In this document: positions 1 through 8,467 of the stretch, one piece after another
Layout of the letters: every line of letters begins with the position of its first letter
How positions within the stretch are numbered: position 1 is the stretch's first letter
DNA from: Archaeoglobus sp. JdFR-37
Lineage (GTDB): Archaea; Halobacteriota; Archaeoglobi; Archaeoglobales; Archaeoglobaceae
Reading direction: 5' to 3'
Assembly: GCA_002010215.1 (NCBI GenBank)
Contig: MTMY01000044.1
Coordinates: forward strand, 1 to 42,499
DNA length: 42,499 bases
Translations under genes and position numbers: made by a program
The notes under the pieces: model-generated
Told to the model about the DNA's origin: nothing
Databases searched by the model: none
What the model saw: the letters and a program-made list of their open reading frames with translations, nothing else

Positions 1-2
1 TA

Positions 3-65
3 CAGCTGAAGCTTCTTAGCGAAGGCGGCAATCACGTTGTATTCGACGAAGTGGCGGTATATTAA
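3..65 (+). CDS. 3' end of a gene truncated by the window edge (..QLKLLSEGGNHVVFDEVAVY*), function unknown
   Basis: Open frame from 3 to TAA at 63-65, followed by a T-rich terminator-like tract. Confidence 0.55.
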   Translation, partial: QLKLLSEGGNHVVFDEVAVY

Positions 66-161
66 AATTTTTATTAATTTTAATTTTTTTGTTAATTTAT
101 TTTAGGTTGTTTAAATTGTAAAGAAACCTATTTTCGGCTAATACAAAATAAACTGGCTTTT

Positions 162-208
162 CGAAAGTATTATATATCGTTGTTAACAAAAATTAGTAAT
201 TGGAGGTG
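162..208 (+). promoter_or_regulatory. BRE/TATA promoter and strong Shine-Dalgarno for the first cytochrome gene
   Basis: CGAAAG followed by TATTATATA at about 162-176; GGAGGTG at 202-208, 10 nt before ATG 219. Confidence 0.6.
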
Positions 209-218
209 GAAATGAGAG

Positions 219-914
219 ATGAATGGTAAAATAGCGTTGATAGTGGTAGTATTGCTTGCTATCGGTGTGCTGGTGCTACCATCCACTGTCTCTCTCTTTG
301 CAGGGCAGCACTATTGGTATGACATAGAATCATCTGGCAACCAGATTCCCTGCCAGAAATGTCATGCTGATGTTTACGAGGAGCTGAACCAGAGCAATTA
401 TCATCTCGGAGCCAATAGTGTTGCTGATGAAGACGACTGCCGGTTCTGCCACCAGGCAAATACAAGTATTACATATGCAAGCGGTGATACGCCATATACT
501 GCTGGTGTCGAAGCTCATGCGGCATCAACAATAAGCTGTGCCTATTGCCACCTTGATCCAGGCGTTTCAGGCGCCCCACCGGCAGGTGGCTTTGGCTTGG
601 CGGATCCAACATTCTACGCAAATGACTCTGGAACTTATGCTGCACACTTGGATTTCGTTACATCTGCAGCTACTGATTCTTTGCTTGAGGACTCCAACGA
701 AGCATGCATTGCGTGTCATACACATGTGGCTGTGAAAATTAACTTTACTCACTATAAGGCAATGGAGTTTGACGTGAACTGGGATACTCTACTTAGCCAG
801 TATGCAACTAGCAACTACAGCATAAACACCTCAACACAGGTGGTAAACACCATATGGGGTAACCAGAGTGGTTCTGGTTGGACAAGCTATCCTGGTAGCG
901 CTAACTGGCCATAA
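219..914 (+). CDS. Secreted tetraheme c-type cytochrome; candidate major extracellular cytochrome nanowire (ECN) subunit
   Basis: Signal peptide; CQKCH, CRFCH, CAYCH, CIACH; extra His in GQH, YH, AHAA and AAH; 7 N-x-S/T sequons; no C-terminal anchor. Confidence 0.85.
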   Translation: MNGKIALIVVVLLAIGVLVLPSTVSLFAGQHYWYDIESSGNQIPCQKCHADVYEELNQSNYHLGANSVADEDDCRFCHQANTSITYASGDTPYTAGVEAHAASTISCAYCHLDPGVSGAPPAGGFGLADPTFYANDSGTYAAHLDFVTSAATDSLLEDSNEACIACHTHVAVKINFTHYKAMEFDVNWDTLLSQYATSNYSINTSTQVVNTIWGNQSGSGWTSYPGSANWP

Positions 915-922
915 GGGCAAAA

Positions 923-938
923 TTTTCTTTTTATTTTT
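923..938 (+). terminator. Oligo-T archaeal terminator after the first cytochrome gene
   Basis: TTTTCTTTTTATTTTT just after the stop codon. Confidence 0.55.
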
Positions 939-1275
939 ATAAAAATTTAACTAAAACAGCTTGATAGGTATGTGTTTCATGTGGGCGTTAGATGAATATT
1001 TGAGATGTTCAAAAGTGGCAAAGAAGCTTAATAGTTTCAATTTTAGACTGCCTGAAATGTCTCACTCGAGAGAAAGAGTTACTCCCCAACTATATTAACA
1101 ACTTCATGGATTCTTCTACTGTTCATCATTAAATAAATTATTAAACATAAATTCTGAACCTCTGGGTTGGGCGAAGAACAAATAACTCGCCAGAAATTTT
1201 GGATAAGAATGCTGTGGGAATGTAAAATGAGACCTCGAAAGATTTTTCTTCTCTGAATAACAACTATATATAATC

Positions 1276-1923
1276 ATGGCCATAGAAAAAGGATTGCTGG
1301 CTCTCATCATTACTGCAGCCATTGGTGTTCTCATACTCCCGACCACAGTATCCATCTTTAGCGGGCAGCATATCTGGTATGATGTCGAATCCCTCTATGG
1401 TGAAAAATGCCTGAAATGTCACGCCGATATTTATGACGAGCTGGTTGTGAGCAGTTATCATGACGGTATAGATGGGGTTTCTGGTTTTGGCGGAAGGGAA
1501 TGTTATGTCTGTCACAGGGCTAATGAGTCAATCACTTATGCCAACGGCTCATCCAACACTCCTGGTGAGGAGGCGCACGCAGCCTCTTCCATAGCCTGTG
1601 CCTACTGCCACTTTAATTCCTCAAACCGCTATAATGCACCTATTGCTGGCGGTTTTGGGCTTTCTGATCTAGCCACTGACATCGGCCTCAACTCAACCCA
1701 CTTCGAAATATTGTCTGGCACTTCATTCTCCAGCTCAATATATCCTGATGAATCTGAAGGCTGTGTAATTTGCCATACGCCAGTACAGGTTAAAATCAAC
1801 TTCACCACTTACGATTCCTACAGCCTAGTGGTGAATAACAGTATAGCCGGAAGCACGAGCCAGTGGGTCGTGGAGTCAATTTCGCCCGGTTCATGGATAA
1901 ACTACACGGAATATAAGAAATAG
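1276..1923 (+). CDS. Secreted tetraheme c-type cytochrome, paralogue of 219-914
   Basis: Signal peptide ending PTTVSIFSGQH; CLKCH, CYVCH, CAYCH, CVICH; shares the EAHAAS..CAYCH, AGGFGL and VKINFT blocks. Confidence 0.85.
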   Translation: MAIEKGLLALIITAAIGVLILPTTVSIFSGQHIWYDVESLYGEKCLKCHADIYDELVVSSYHDGIDGVSGFGGRECYVCHRANESITYANGSSNTPGEEAHAASSIACAYCHFNSSNRYNAPIAGGFGLSDLATDIGLNSTHFEILSGTSFSSSIYPDESEGCVICHTPVQVKINFTTYDSYSLVVNNSIAGSTSQWVVESISPGSWINYTEYKK

Positions 1924-1953
1924 TTTTTTAAGTTTTCAGGATAAAAGATATCC

Positions 1954-3309
1954 ATGAGGTGGATGTTTGCTGTAATTGTTATCATTTCGCTATCACTTAT
2001 CGCTTTATTTCCTAGTACTTTCTCAGTCCTCCAAAACACCCACACAGTCTCAAACATCTCATCTCCCTCCAACGACATACCATGCGCCTCTTGCCACTCA
2101 AAAATCGCTGCCGAGCTGAACAACTCAGTTTACCACACCTCCCTCAGCTGCGAAGATTGCCACAGAAACCCCTACCTCGGCCAAACTGTTGCCTATGACA
2201 ACGGAAGCATAAAGCCAGGGGAAGAAGCCCACGCAGCCGTAAAGCCGAGATGTTTAGACTGTCACTCAAAGACAACCATAACTCTTGCCAATGGAAGCGT
2301 TGTTGCAATAGCAAAAGCAGATGCTTTCGGCGATGCAAGCTATGGCAGCGATTATTCTGCTCATAAGAAGTTCGTGCAAGATGCTCTGAATTTTAATATC
2401 GGCGTTGCAGAGAATGAGGCGTGTTTGAGTTGTCATACTGAGTTCAGTGTGGGCATAGAATTCAGGTATTTCTGGAACATCAGCTACACAAAAAGTGGTA
2501 GTAGCTGGGTGCTACAGAATTTTAACGTAAATGGTACTAGAACCTACATTAAAGTACTCACTAGAACGGGTGCGAAGCACCAGTGGATTAATACTACCCG
2601 AATAAATTGTGTGAGTTGCCATAAAAATATCTATGATGCCCTAGTCAATGGTACACCTCAGTCCCCGTACTACGCTTACACACACTCTCCCATCGAGATA
2701 GATTCAGCAGATTACGGAGGAAATACCTACGGAAACTGGGTAAACCCCAAAGACCACGACTGGCCGCTTAACAATTATTGGGGGAATCCGAGATATCACT
2801 ACATTGAATCAAACAGAGCTATATGGGTGAACTCCACGTACTGCATCAAATGTCACAATGCAGCAAAATATGCGAATCAGAACCCCTCAGACAGTTTAAC
2901 CTACGACCTCATCAATGTCACGTCTGACACTAACTCAACACTGGTACATGCAGCAGAGTCTGTTAGGTGCATCACCTGCCATGGTTACGGAAAAACGAAG
3001 GATCCTTACGATGTAATTGCACCGAGTGGTAGATGGGGGAATGAGATAGGGCACAGAAATTTCATGAATCAGACTGAAAGTTATGCCAGAACGTTTAATG
3101 GCGATATGTGCATGGGTTGCCATGAAGCGGCTGGACATAATGTAGATGACGGAGCATACGAGAGTGGGAGTAATATGTATTGCAACAGCTGCCATAGTTA
3201 TGGAGGATATGCTAGGTGCGGCGCCTGTCATTCTGACAGTTACAACTACAATATAGATGTGATCATAGAATCTGAACCGTCTGGGAATATCACACACAAT
3301 ACATACTGA
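1954..3309 (+). CDS. Secreted decaheme c-type cytochrome (two tandem tetraheme units plus two C-terminal hemes)
   Basis: 10 CxxCH: CASCH, CEDCH, CLDCH, CLSCH, CVSCH, CIKCH, CITCH, CMGCH, CNSCH, CGACH; signal peptide; HAA motif present twice; about 13 sequons. Confidence 0.85.
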   Translation: MRWMFAVIVIISLSLIALFPSTFSVLQNTHTVSNISSPSNDIPCASCHSKIAAELNNSVYHTSLSCEDCHRNPYLGQTVAYDNGSIKPGEEAHAAVKPRCLDCHSKTTITLANGSVVAIAKADAFGDASYGSDYSAHKKFVQDALNFNIGVAENEACLSCHTEFSVGIEFRYFWNISYTKSGSSWVLQNFNVNGTRTYIKVLTRTGAKHQWINTTRINCVSCHKNIYDALVNGTPQSPYYAYTHSPIEIDSADYGGNTYGNWVNPKDHDWPLNNYWGNPRYHYIESNRAIWVNSTYCIKCHNAAKYANQNPSDSLTYDLINVTSDTNSTLVHAAESVRCITCHGYGKTKDPYDVIAPSGRWGNEIGHRNFMNQTESYARTFNGDMCMGCHEAAGHNVDDGAYESGSNMYCNSCHSYGGYARCGACHSDSYNYNIDVIIESEPSGNITHNTY

Positions 3310-3366
3310 ATGGATTAAGTTCATTAGTTATAAATATCATTTCAATAATTTCAATCAAATACTAAT

Positions 3367-3576
3367 TCAAACAAACTTCCAGAACAAAAACCCGAGAAGA
3401 ATCAGAATCACTATAATTGCAGCATCAATAATCCTCACCAACCATTTATTATTCTCATCCACAGAGACTTGATATAAATCCTCAAAGTTCTCATTTCTCA
3501 CCCACTCCATATCCATTTCCAATTCATCATCCTCAATAACAGCTCGAAGCAAATCGTTTTCAACCACTTCAATCAC
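3367..3576 (-). CDS. Small acidic protein with a C-terminal transmembrane helix
   Basis: Overlaps the stop of the MinD-like gene; acidic N-terminus, hydrophobic C-terminus. Confidence 0.6.
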   Translation of the reverse strand: MIEVVENDLLRAVIEDDELEMDMEWVRNENFEDLYQVSVDENNKWLVRIIDAAIIVILILLGFLFWKFV

Positions 3577-4297
3577 CCTTCAACCTCGCCCATAATTTTC
3601 CGTAAGGCTTTATTCTCCTGTTTTGTCCTGTTATATTCAGCATGGTATTCACAAGGTCTTTAGTGATTCCTGAGTTTGGATACAGTACTACAAAGGGTTT
3701 TCCAATCTCCCACGACTTCGCTACATATTTCGACTCTCTTATTAGCCCAACAATCCTGCCCAGCATTGTCTCCGTCACTTTGAATAACTCTTTCTCTCCA
3801 GCGTATCTATTCAGTATTACTCCCCCTCCCTTAACTCCCAGCTCTTCACCTATCTTCTTAACCTTTTGGGCAGATACCAGCGAAGCCTTTTCGGGATTTG
3901 TAATCAAAAAGAGGATGTCAGCAGACTCCATGGGTATGCTCGCCATTTTGCTCAGCCCTGCAGAAAAGTCTATCAATATTCTGTCATAATCCTTTTTCAA
4001 TTCGTCTATAACCTCAGATAATCTATCAATCTTCAGATTTGGGGCAGGAGAGGCTGGCATGACGTGGAGATTGGTTGAAACGCTATATATCGCCATTTCC
4101 ACATCCACGTTTCCTGTCAGCACGTCAGAGAGGGTTGTAGCAGTTCTCAAACCAAAAGCAGCGTGCAAATTCGGAAGAAAGACATCTGCATCTACTACTA
4201 TTACTTTCATCCATTTGGACATGAGTATAGCAAGATTTGCGACAATTGTAGTCTTTCCAACCCCTCCTTTGCCAGAGGCAAACCCAATTACCCTCAT
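3569..4297 (-). CDS. MinD/ParA-family P-loop ATPase
   Basis: Deviant Walker A SGKGGVGKTT, VDAD, ILIDFSAGL; C-terminal amphipathic PYGKLWARLK. Confidence 0.85.
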   Translation of the reverse strand: MRVIGFASGKGGVGKTTIVANLAILMSKWMKVIVVDADVFLPNLHAAFGLRTATTLSDVLTGNVDVEMAIYSVSTNLHVMPASPAPNLKIDRLSEVIDELKKDYDRILIDFSAGLSKMASIPMESADILFLITNPEKASLVSAQKVKKIGEELGVKGGGVILNRYAGEKELFKVTETMLGRIVGLIRESKYVAKSWEIGKPFVVLYPNSGITKDLVNTMLNITGQNRRIKPYGKLWARLKGD

Positions 4298-4944
4298 GCT
4301 CCAAAAATCAGTTTAATTAAGCTGATTATGAGTTCGCTGATGCTGGGAAATACCTTTTCAACCTTTGGTTGCGGAGTTTTTATTACTTTAACACCCTCAA
4401 CCTCCTTAATTTCTGGAATATAGTCTTTTATGTTTTCTGAATGGCACGAAACACAAATCTCATCCAGAACTTTCCCATGCACTCCATGTACTCCACCTTT
4501 ATGGCAGTCGGTGCAAAGTCTGGCCTCAGGTAAAGCGACAGCTTCACCATGACAGCTACTGCACTCAACTTTTTTGTGAGGAACATGCACTTTAGCACCA
4601 ACGTTTTTCCTTGAATATTCATTTCCCACATGGCATTTTATGCAGATATTTACCCCATGGAGCTTTTTCACAAATTCAGGATTGGATATTTCCACTCCTT
4701 TCGAGTGACATGGTGAGCAATCTAAAAATCTGTTCAGCTGAGATTCAGGAAGTGTGTTTATGTGGCATGGCATGCATATCCTTGCTTTATGCCATTGAGC
4801 CATCATTCCTTGGAATTTGGAGAACTGGGCACTTGTCGGAACTGTGATAAGTATGAGCGCAATAGATAACACGATAAGCACAACTCCAAATTTCAGTCCA
4901 CTTGTTGGTCTTTCATTGCTCTCCGACCCCATCCAAAACCTCAT
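4294..4944 (-). CDS. Hexaheme c-type cytochrome with an N-terminal signal/TM segment and a C-terminal amphipathic tail
   Basis: CMPCH, CSPCH, CIKCH, CSSCH, CTDCH, CVSCH; ATGA overlap with the MinD-like gene. Confidence 0.85.
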   Translation of the reverse strand: MRFWMGSESNERPTSGLKFGVVLIVLSIALILITVPTSAQFSKFQGMMAQWHKARICMPCHINTLPESQLNRFLDCSPCHSKGVEISNPEFVKKLHGVNICIKCHVGNEYSRKNVGAKVHVPHKKVECSSCHGEAVALPEARLCTDCHKGGVHGVHGKVLDEICVSCHSENIKDYIPEIKEVEGVKVIKTPQPKVEKVFPSISELIISLIKLIFGA

Positions 4945-4990
4945 TCATAGCAAAGTATTTATTTCTTTCTTCAATCTAAACTTGGGGGGA

Positions 4991-6853
4991 ATGCACTTGG
5001 GAAAAAACAGAAAAATGCTTGTATTAGCCTCCAGTCTATTTGCTATAATCATTTTTATAACAACACCTGTATCTGCCATTTCTTCTTCCAAATTCCATGT
5101 GGCTTTTGTTGATGAAGTTTACGACTTCGGCAAATACCTACAAAAGACTCCAGAATATGAGAAAGGAGATGTGGTAAAAATATATGCCGCAATTGAGGAC
5201 ATCAACAGGGGCAGAGCGTATGCTGTGGACTTCGTTGCAGTAATCACAGATCCCAATGATTATGTGGTTGCCGGGAAGGTCCTGAGTAAGAGGCATATGG
5301 GATACGAAGACCGCACGTATGTGGTATTCAGTTTCGATATACCGGAAGAATGGGCTTACGGCAAGTATAAAGTGGACATATATGTTTTTGATGTCCTCAA
5401 TTATACCGCAACTTATGAAGAATACCGCTCTCTATACGATGAAATCCTTTACAGTGGAAAATTCGATGTGAAGATTCATTCTGTTCCCAGAGAGGACGCC
5501 GATTACGTGAAGAAAACGGTTTATTTCCACGTGAAAAAGGAAGTTGTCAAACCTGCATCCCTCCTAGTATTCGATTCGCATCTCAAAGCGATGATACTGC
5601 CGAAAGGCATGAACAACACTCTGTTATTAACAGTCCTCAACACGTTAAAAACTCCTCAAAAATTCTATGTAAAACTTTATATCGATGGGGAAAAATTTGC
5701 TGAGAAAAAAGTAGAGCTTCAGTCTGAAAATGCTCGGCAAGTAGAATTTGAGATTCCAGAACTCGAAATAGGCGATCACAGCATAGAAATTACTATTGAT
5801 ACAAAGGGTGTACTCTATTCTGAACTTCTGCCCATTTTCATCCCACCGCTCCTATTCGACAAGCCGATTGAGGTTGGAAGATACGGGGAAGGATACATTG
5901 CGTATCTGCCAAACAATTACGTGCTTGGAAGTGTTGGAATCTCTGAGCTGAAAGACATCAATCCTAAAAAAGCAGTAGAAACATTTGAGAAAGCACAATA
6001 TGATTACAACAGAGATAATGCTGCCAAAATGCTCACAAACGTCTTGGCATATCTCTGGAAACAAAGTAAAGGCAACGGAACCATAGAAATTGCACTTCTG
6101 AAGGGGAGTGATGAGCGGGCTGAGGTCGTTCTTCCTGAACTTCTGAATTACATTACTGATATAAGCAAAGCACCTGTAAAATACGTAGGTGTTAGAGAAT
6201 ATGATGAGTTAGAAGGTGTCGATGTCCTGTTTTACGTAACATCCTCTCCACAACTTGAAGGACTCAAAAGCTACCTCTCAAAGGGTGGCATTGTTATTCT
6301 GGACATCACATCCTACTGGACTGAGTTATCAGATACGTGGCGCAGGGAATTTAACTTGGGTGTGGAAGACGAACTGCTCCATTCTTTCTTTGACCTGAAC
6401 ATTAATAAAACAGTCTCAATTCGTCTCAAAACCGAGCTCAAGCTTCCACCTGAACTGAAATATTCAGATCTTGAAGTAAGTGATTTCATAGTTGATGTAG
6501 GTACGCCTGTGACCATCACGTTTAAAGTTAAAAACGAAGGTGGCGCAGGTAAGGAGAACGTTACAGTTTTCATTAACGATCAGCCAGTCTATGACGTGGA
6601 GATGGAATTCTTTACAGGTGACGAAAAAACTGTGACGTTTGAATACACCCCTGAAAAAGAAGGTTCCTACAAAGTTGTTCTTGATAAAAGCGATATTGGA
6701 AAAGTATTCTTTGCAAAAGCGAAAAAAGTGGAAAAGAACGTCACAAAGACACCCACACCAGAAGCTAAGGAAAGAAAAGGTGGAGAGCTTATTGCAGTGC
6801 TCGCCGCTCTGCTGGCGGTGCTGATAGCATTGAGAATATATTTGAGGAAATGA
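4991..6853 (+). CDS. Large cell-surface protein with CARDB/Ig-like domains and a C-terminal membrane anchor
   Basis: Start reassigned from 4817 to ATG 4991 (TTG 4997 or ATG 5015 also possible) because 4817 overlaps the opposite gene; signal peptide ..TPVSA; CARDB-like GTPVTITFKVKNEGG..YTPEKEGSYKV; TPTP linker, TM helix, basic tail. Confidence 0.7.
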   Translation: MHLGKNRKMLVLASSLFAIIIFITTPVSAISSSKFHVAFVDEVYDFGKYLQKTPEYEKGDVVKIYAAIEDINRGRAYAVDFVAVITDPNDYVVAGKVLSKRHMGYEDRTYVVFSFDIPEEWAYGKYKVDIYVFDVLNYTATYEEYRSLYDEILYSGKFDVKIHSVPREDADYVKKTVYFHVKKEVVKPASLLVFDSHLKAMILPKGMNNTLLLTVLNTLKTPQKFYVKLYIDGEKFAEKKVELQSENARQVEFEIPELEIGDHSIEITIDTKGVLYSELLPIFIPPLLFDKPIEVGRYGEGYIAYLPNNYVLGSVGISELKDINPKKAVETFEKAQYDYNRDNAAKMLTNVLAYLWKQSKGNGTIEIALLKGSDERAEVVLPELLNYITDISKAPVKYVGVREYDELEGVDVLFYVTSSPQLEGLKSYLSKGGIVILDITSYWTELSDTWRREFNLGVEDELLHSFFDLNINKTVSIRLKTELKLPPELKYSDLEVSDFIVDVGTPVTITFKVKNEGGAGKENVTVFINDQPVYDVEMEFFTGDEKTVTFEYTPEKEGSYKVVLDKSDIGKVFFAKAKKVEKNVTKTPTPEAKERKGGELIAVLAALLAVLIALRIYLRK

Positions 6854-7149
6854 TGGTCTCTGAATTTGAAAAACTGGTGCTTGAAGCGATATATACAGGA
6901 AAATTCAGTGTGGAGGAAATATCCAGCTCCACCTCTCTTCCCGAAACAGTGGTTGAGGCTTGTATCAAGAGGCTGGTTGAGAGAGGACTAGTGGACGATT
7001 CTCTAAACATCACTGAAGAAGCACTGCAGTTGATTGGTGCAACGGGAGAATATCTCTGGGAAAAGGATGCTTTTAGGATGGCGATAGATGTGCTTATATT
7101 TTCAGTGGGAGTGCTTCTTCTCCTGTATTTATTAGAGGTGATAATGTGA
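6850..7149 (+). CDS. Winged-helix-like protein with a C-terminal transmembrane helix
   Basis: SVEEISSSTSLPETVVEACIKRLVERGLV is wHTH-like; ATGA-coupled to the upstream gene. Confidence 0.6.
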   Translation: MMVSEFEKLVLEAIYTGKFSVEEISSSTSLPETVVEACIKRLVERGLVDDSLNITEEALQLIGATGEYLWEKDAFRMAIDVLIFSVGVLLLLYLLEVIM

Positions 7150-7583
7150 GGCTTCCTATGAGGTGTTCGTTAATTCTGGTTCTCCTGACATCCGCATTTA
7201 TGGTAGCATGTATTCAAATTCAGGAGACTCAGAAGGTCCCTGTTATTGAAGTGAATTTCAGTCATTATATAATCTCAGGGCAGCACATTGTTAAGATTAA
7301 TTCACTTAAAAAGGTGGAAGTGGAAAGTGACAAGGTGAGGGCAACAACCTCTCCACCATTCCCTGGAATACATATATTTGCCATATATCCTTTAAAGGGT
7401 AAAATCCAGATTTCACCTATCGCCTTTACGAATTTGAATGTGGAAGGTGAAATTACAGTATATATTGGAATGGAAAAGGATAAACTTCCGGAAACAGGAA
7501 CAAATATAACTGTAGTGTTGGAAGTAAGAGATGCCGAGGGTAAGAGGATGGCTGCAGACAGAGGGGTGGTAAAATGGATATGA
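7146..7583 (+). CDS. Putative lipoprotein
   Basis: Hydrophobic signal ending in a lipobox-like MVAC; beta-rich body; overlaps its neighbours. Confidence 0.6.
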   Translation: MRLPMRCSLILVLLTSAFMVACIQIQETQKVPVIEVNFSHYIISGQHIVKINSLKKVEVESDKVRATTSPPFPGIHIFAIYPLKGKIQISPIAFTNLNVEGEITVYIGMEKDKLPETGTNITVVLEVRDAEGKRMAADRGVVKWI

Positions 7584-8467
7584 GCAAATTTACTGGGTTT
7601 ATTAGCATAACATCGCTAGTATTAATAATAGCAGTCCTTTTATCCGTTCCATTTGTTTCACCTGTTTCGGCTGAAGTACCATACTTCCCTATCTCTATAT
7701 ACCCCTCAAATCCCGTGGATGGAGATGTAGTAGAAGTGAGCGTCTCAAACTACAATGATTTAGCAGCAGGTGCAGTATTCGAGTGGTACCACAATGGAAC
7801 TAAGGTCAGAGAAATAGAGAAAACCTTTACAGACACCTTGCTCTCGGATTCATATGTTGTTCAATCGGGTGAGTGGGTAGTTACAGTTTACCTGTATGAC
7901 CGCACCGAGCCTAAACAGCTGATCAATTCGTCAACCATCTCCTTCACCGTTCAACCATCTCCTTCACCAACCCCAACACCCTTTCCAACGCCTACCTCCA
8001 CTCTCACCCCTACTGTTACGCCAACTCCCACTCCCGAATCAACAGTTTCACCTACTACCTCTGGTGGTACCACAGGTGCTGGTGGCGCAGGTGGAGGCGG
8101 ATTTGGTGGGTTTGGTGGAGGTGGAGGCGCTCCTGTAGCCCCACAACCAACATCTACAGCCACACCAACTCCCACACCCACTCCTGCAATTACACCGGCA
8201 ATTACGCCTGCACCATCTGTAACCCAAGAAAAACATGAGAAGACGGGGGTTCAAGAACAGAAGCCGAGTACCCCAGTTCCCAGTGTGAAAGAGACTGAAG
8301 AAGAGAGACCACTGGAAAAACCACCAGTTAACGCCACAGAGAAAAGCATTAATGAGACAGGGGAAACACAGGAATCAACTCCTGAACAGACTTTCAAGAT
8401 ACCTCTTGGAGCTGAAGTTGGGATTCTTGGCCTAATTGTGGCTCTCGTTCTGAGGAAAAGAACATGA
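7574..8467 (+). CDS. Surface protein: Ig-like domain, Pro/Thr stalk, Gly-rich hinge, C-terminal sorting-like anchor
   Basis: Signal ..PVSA; PTPT repeats; GGAGGGGFGGFGGGGG; C-terminal IPLG, TM helix, RKR. Confidence 0.7.
   Translation: MDMSKFTGFISITSLVLIIAVLLSVPFVSPVSAEVPYFPISIYPSNPVDGDVVEVSVSNYNDLAAGAVFEWYHNGTKVREIEKTFTDTLLSDSYVVQSGEWVVTVYLYDRTEPKQLINSSTISFTVQPSPSPTPTPFPTPTSTLTPTVTPTPTPESTVSPTTSGGTTGAGGAGGGGFGGFGGGGGAPVAPQPTSTATPTPTPTPAITPAITPAPSVTQEKHEKTGVQEQKPSTPVPSVKETEEERPLEKPPVNATEKSINETGETQESTPEQTFKIPLGAEVGILGLIVALVLRKRT
7953..8216 (+). repeat. Coding low-complexity repeats (Pro/Thr and Gly-rich)
   Basis: Repeated PTPT, GG and TPAI codons within 7574-8467. Confidence 0.7.

Noticed and set aside
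1049..1061. Intergenic TGCCTGAAATGTC identical to 1408-1420 (the CLKC codons of the second cytochrome)
   Set aside because: No His follows, flanking frames show no cytochrome similarity, and a single 13-mer cannot establish a pseudogene
4817..4990. N-terminal extension of the 678-aa ORF
   Set aside because: Overlaps the hexaheme gene on the opposite strand; the signal peptide begins downstream
7951..8254. Antisense Gly/Val/Pro-rich and Cys-rich ORFs
   Set aside because: Shadows of the Pro/Thr/Gly repeats of the plus-strand gene
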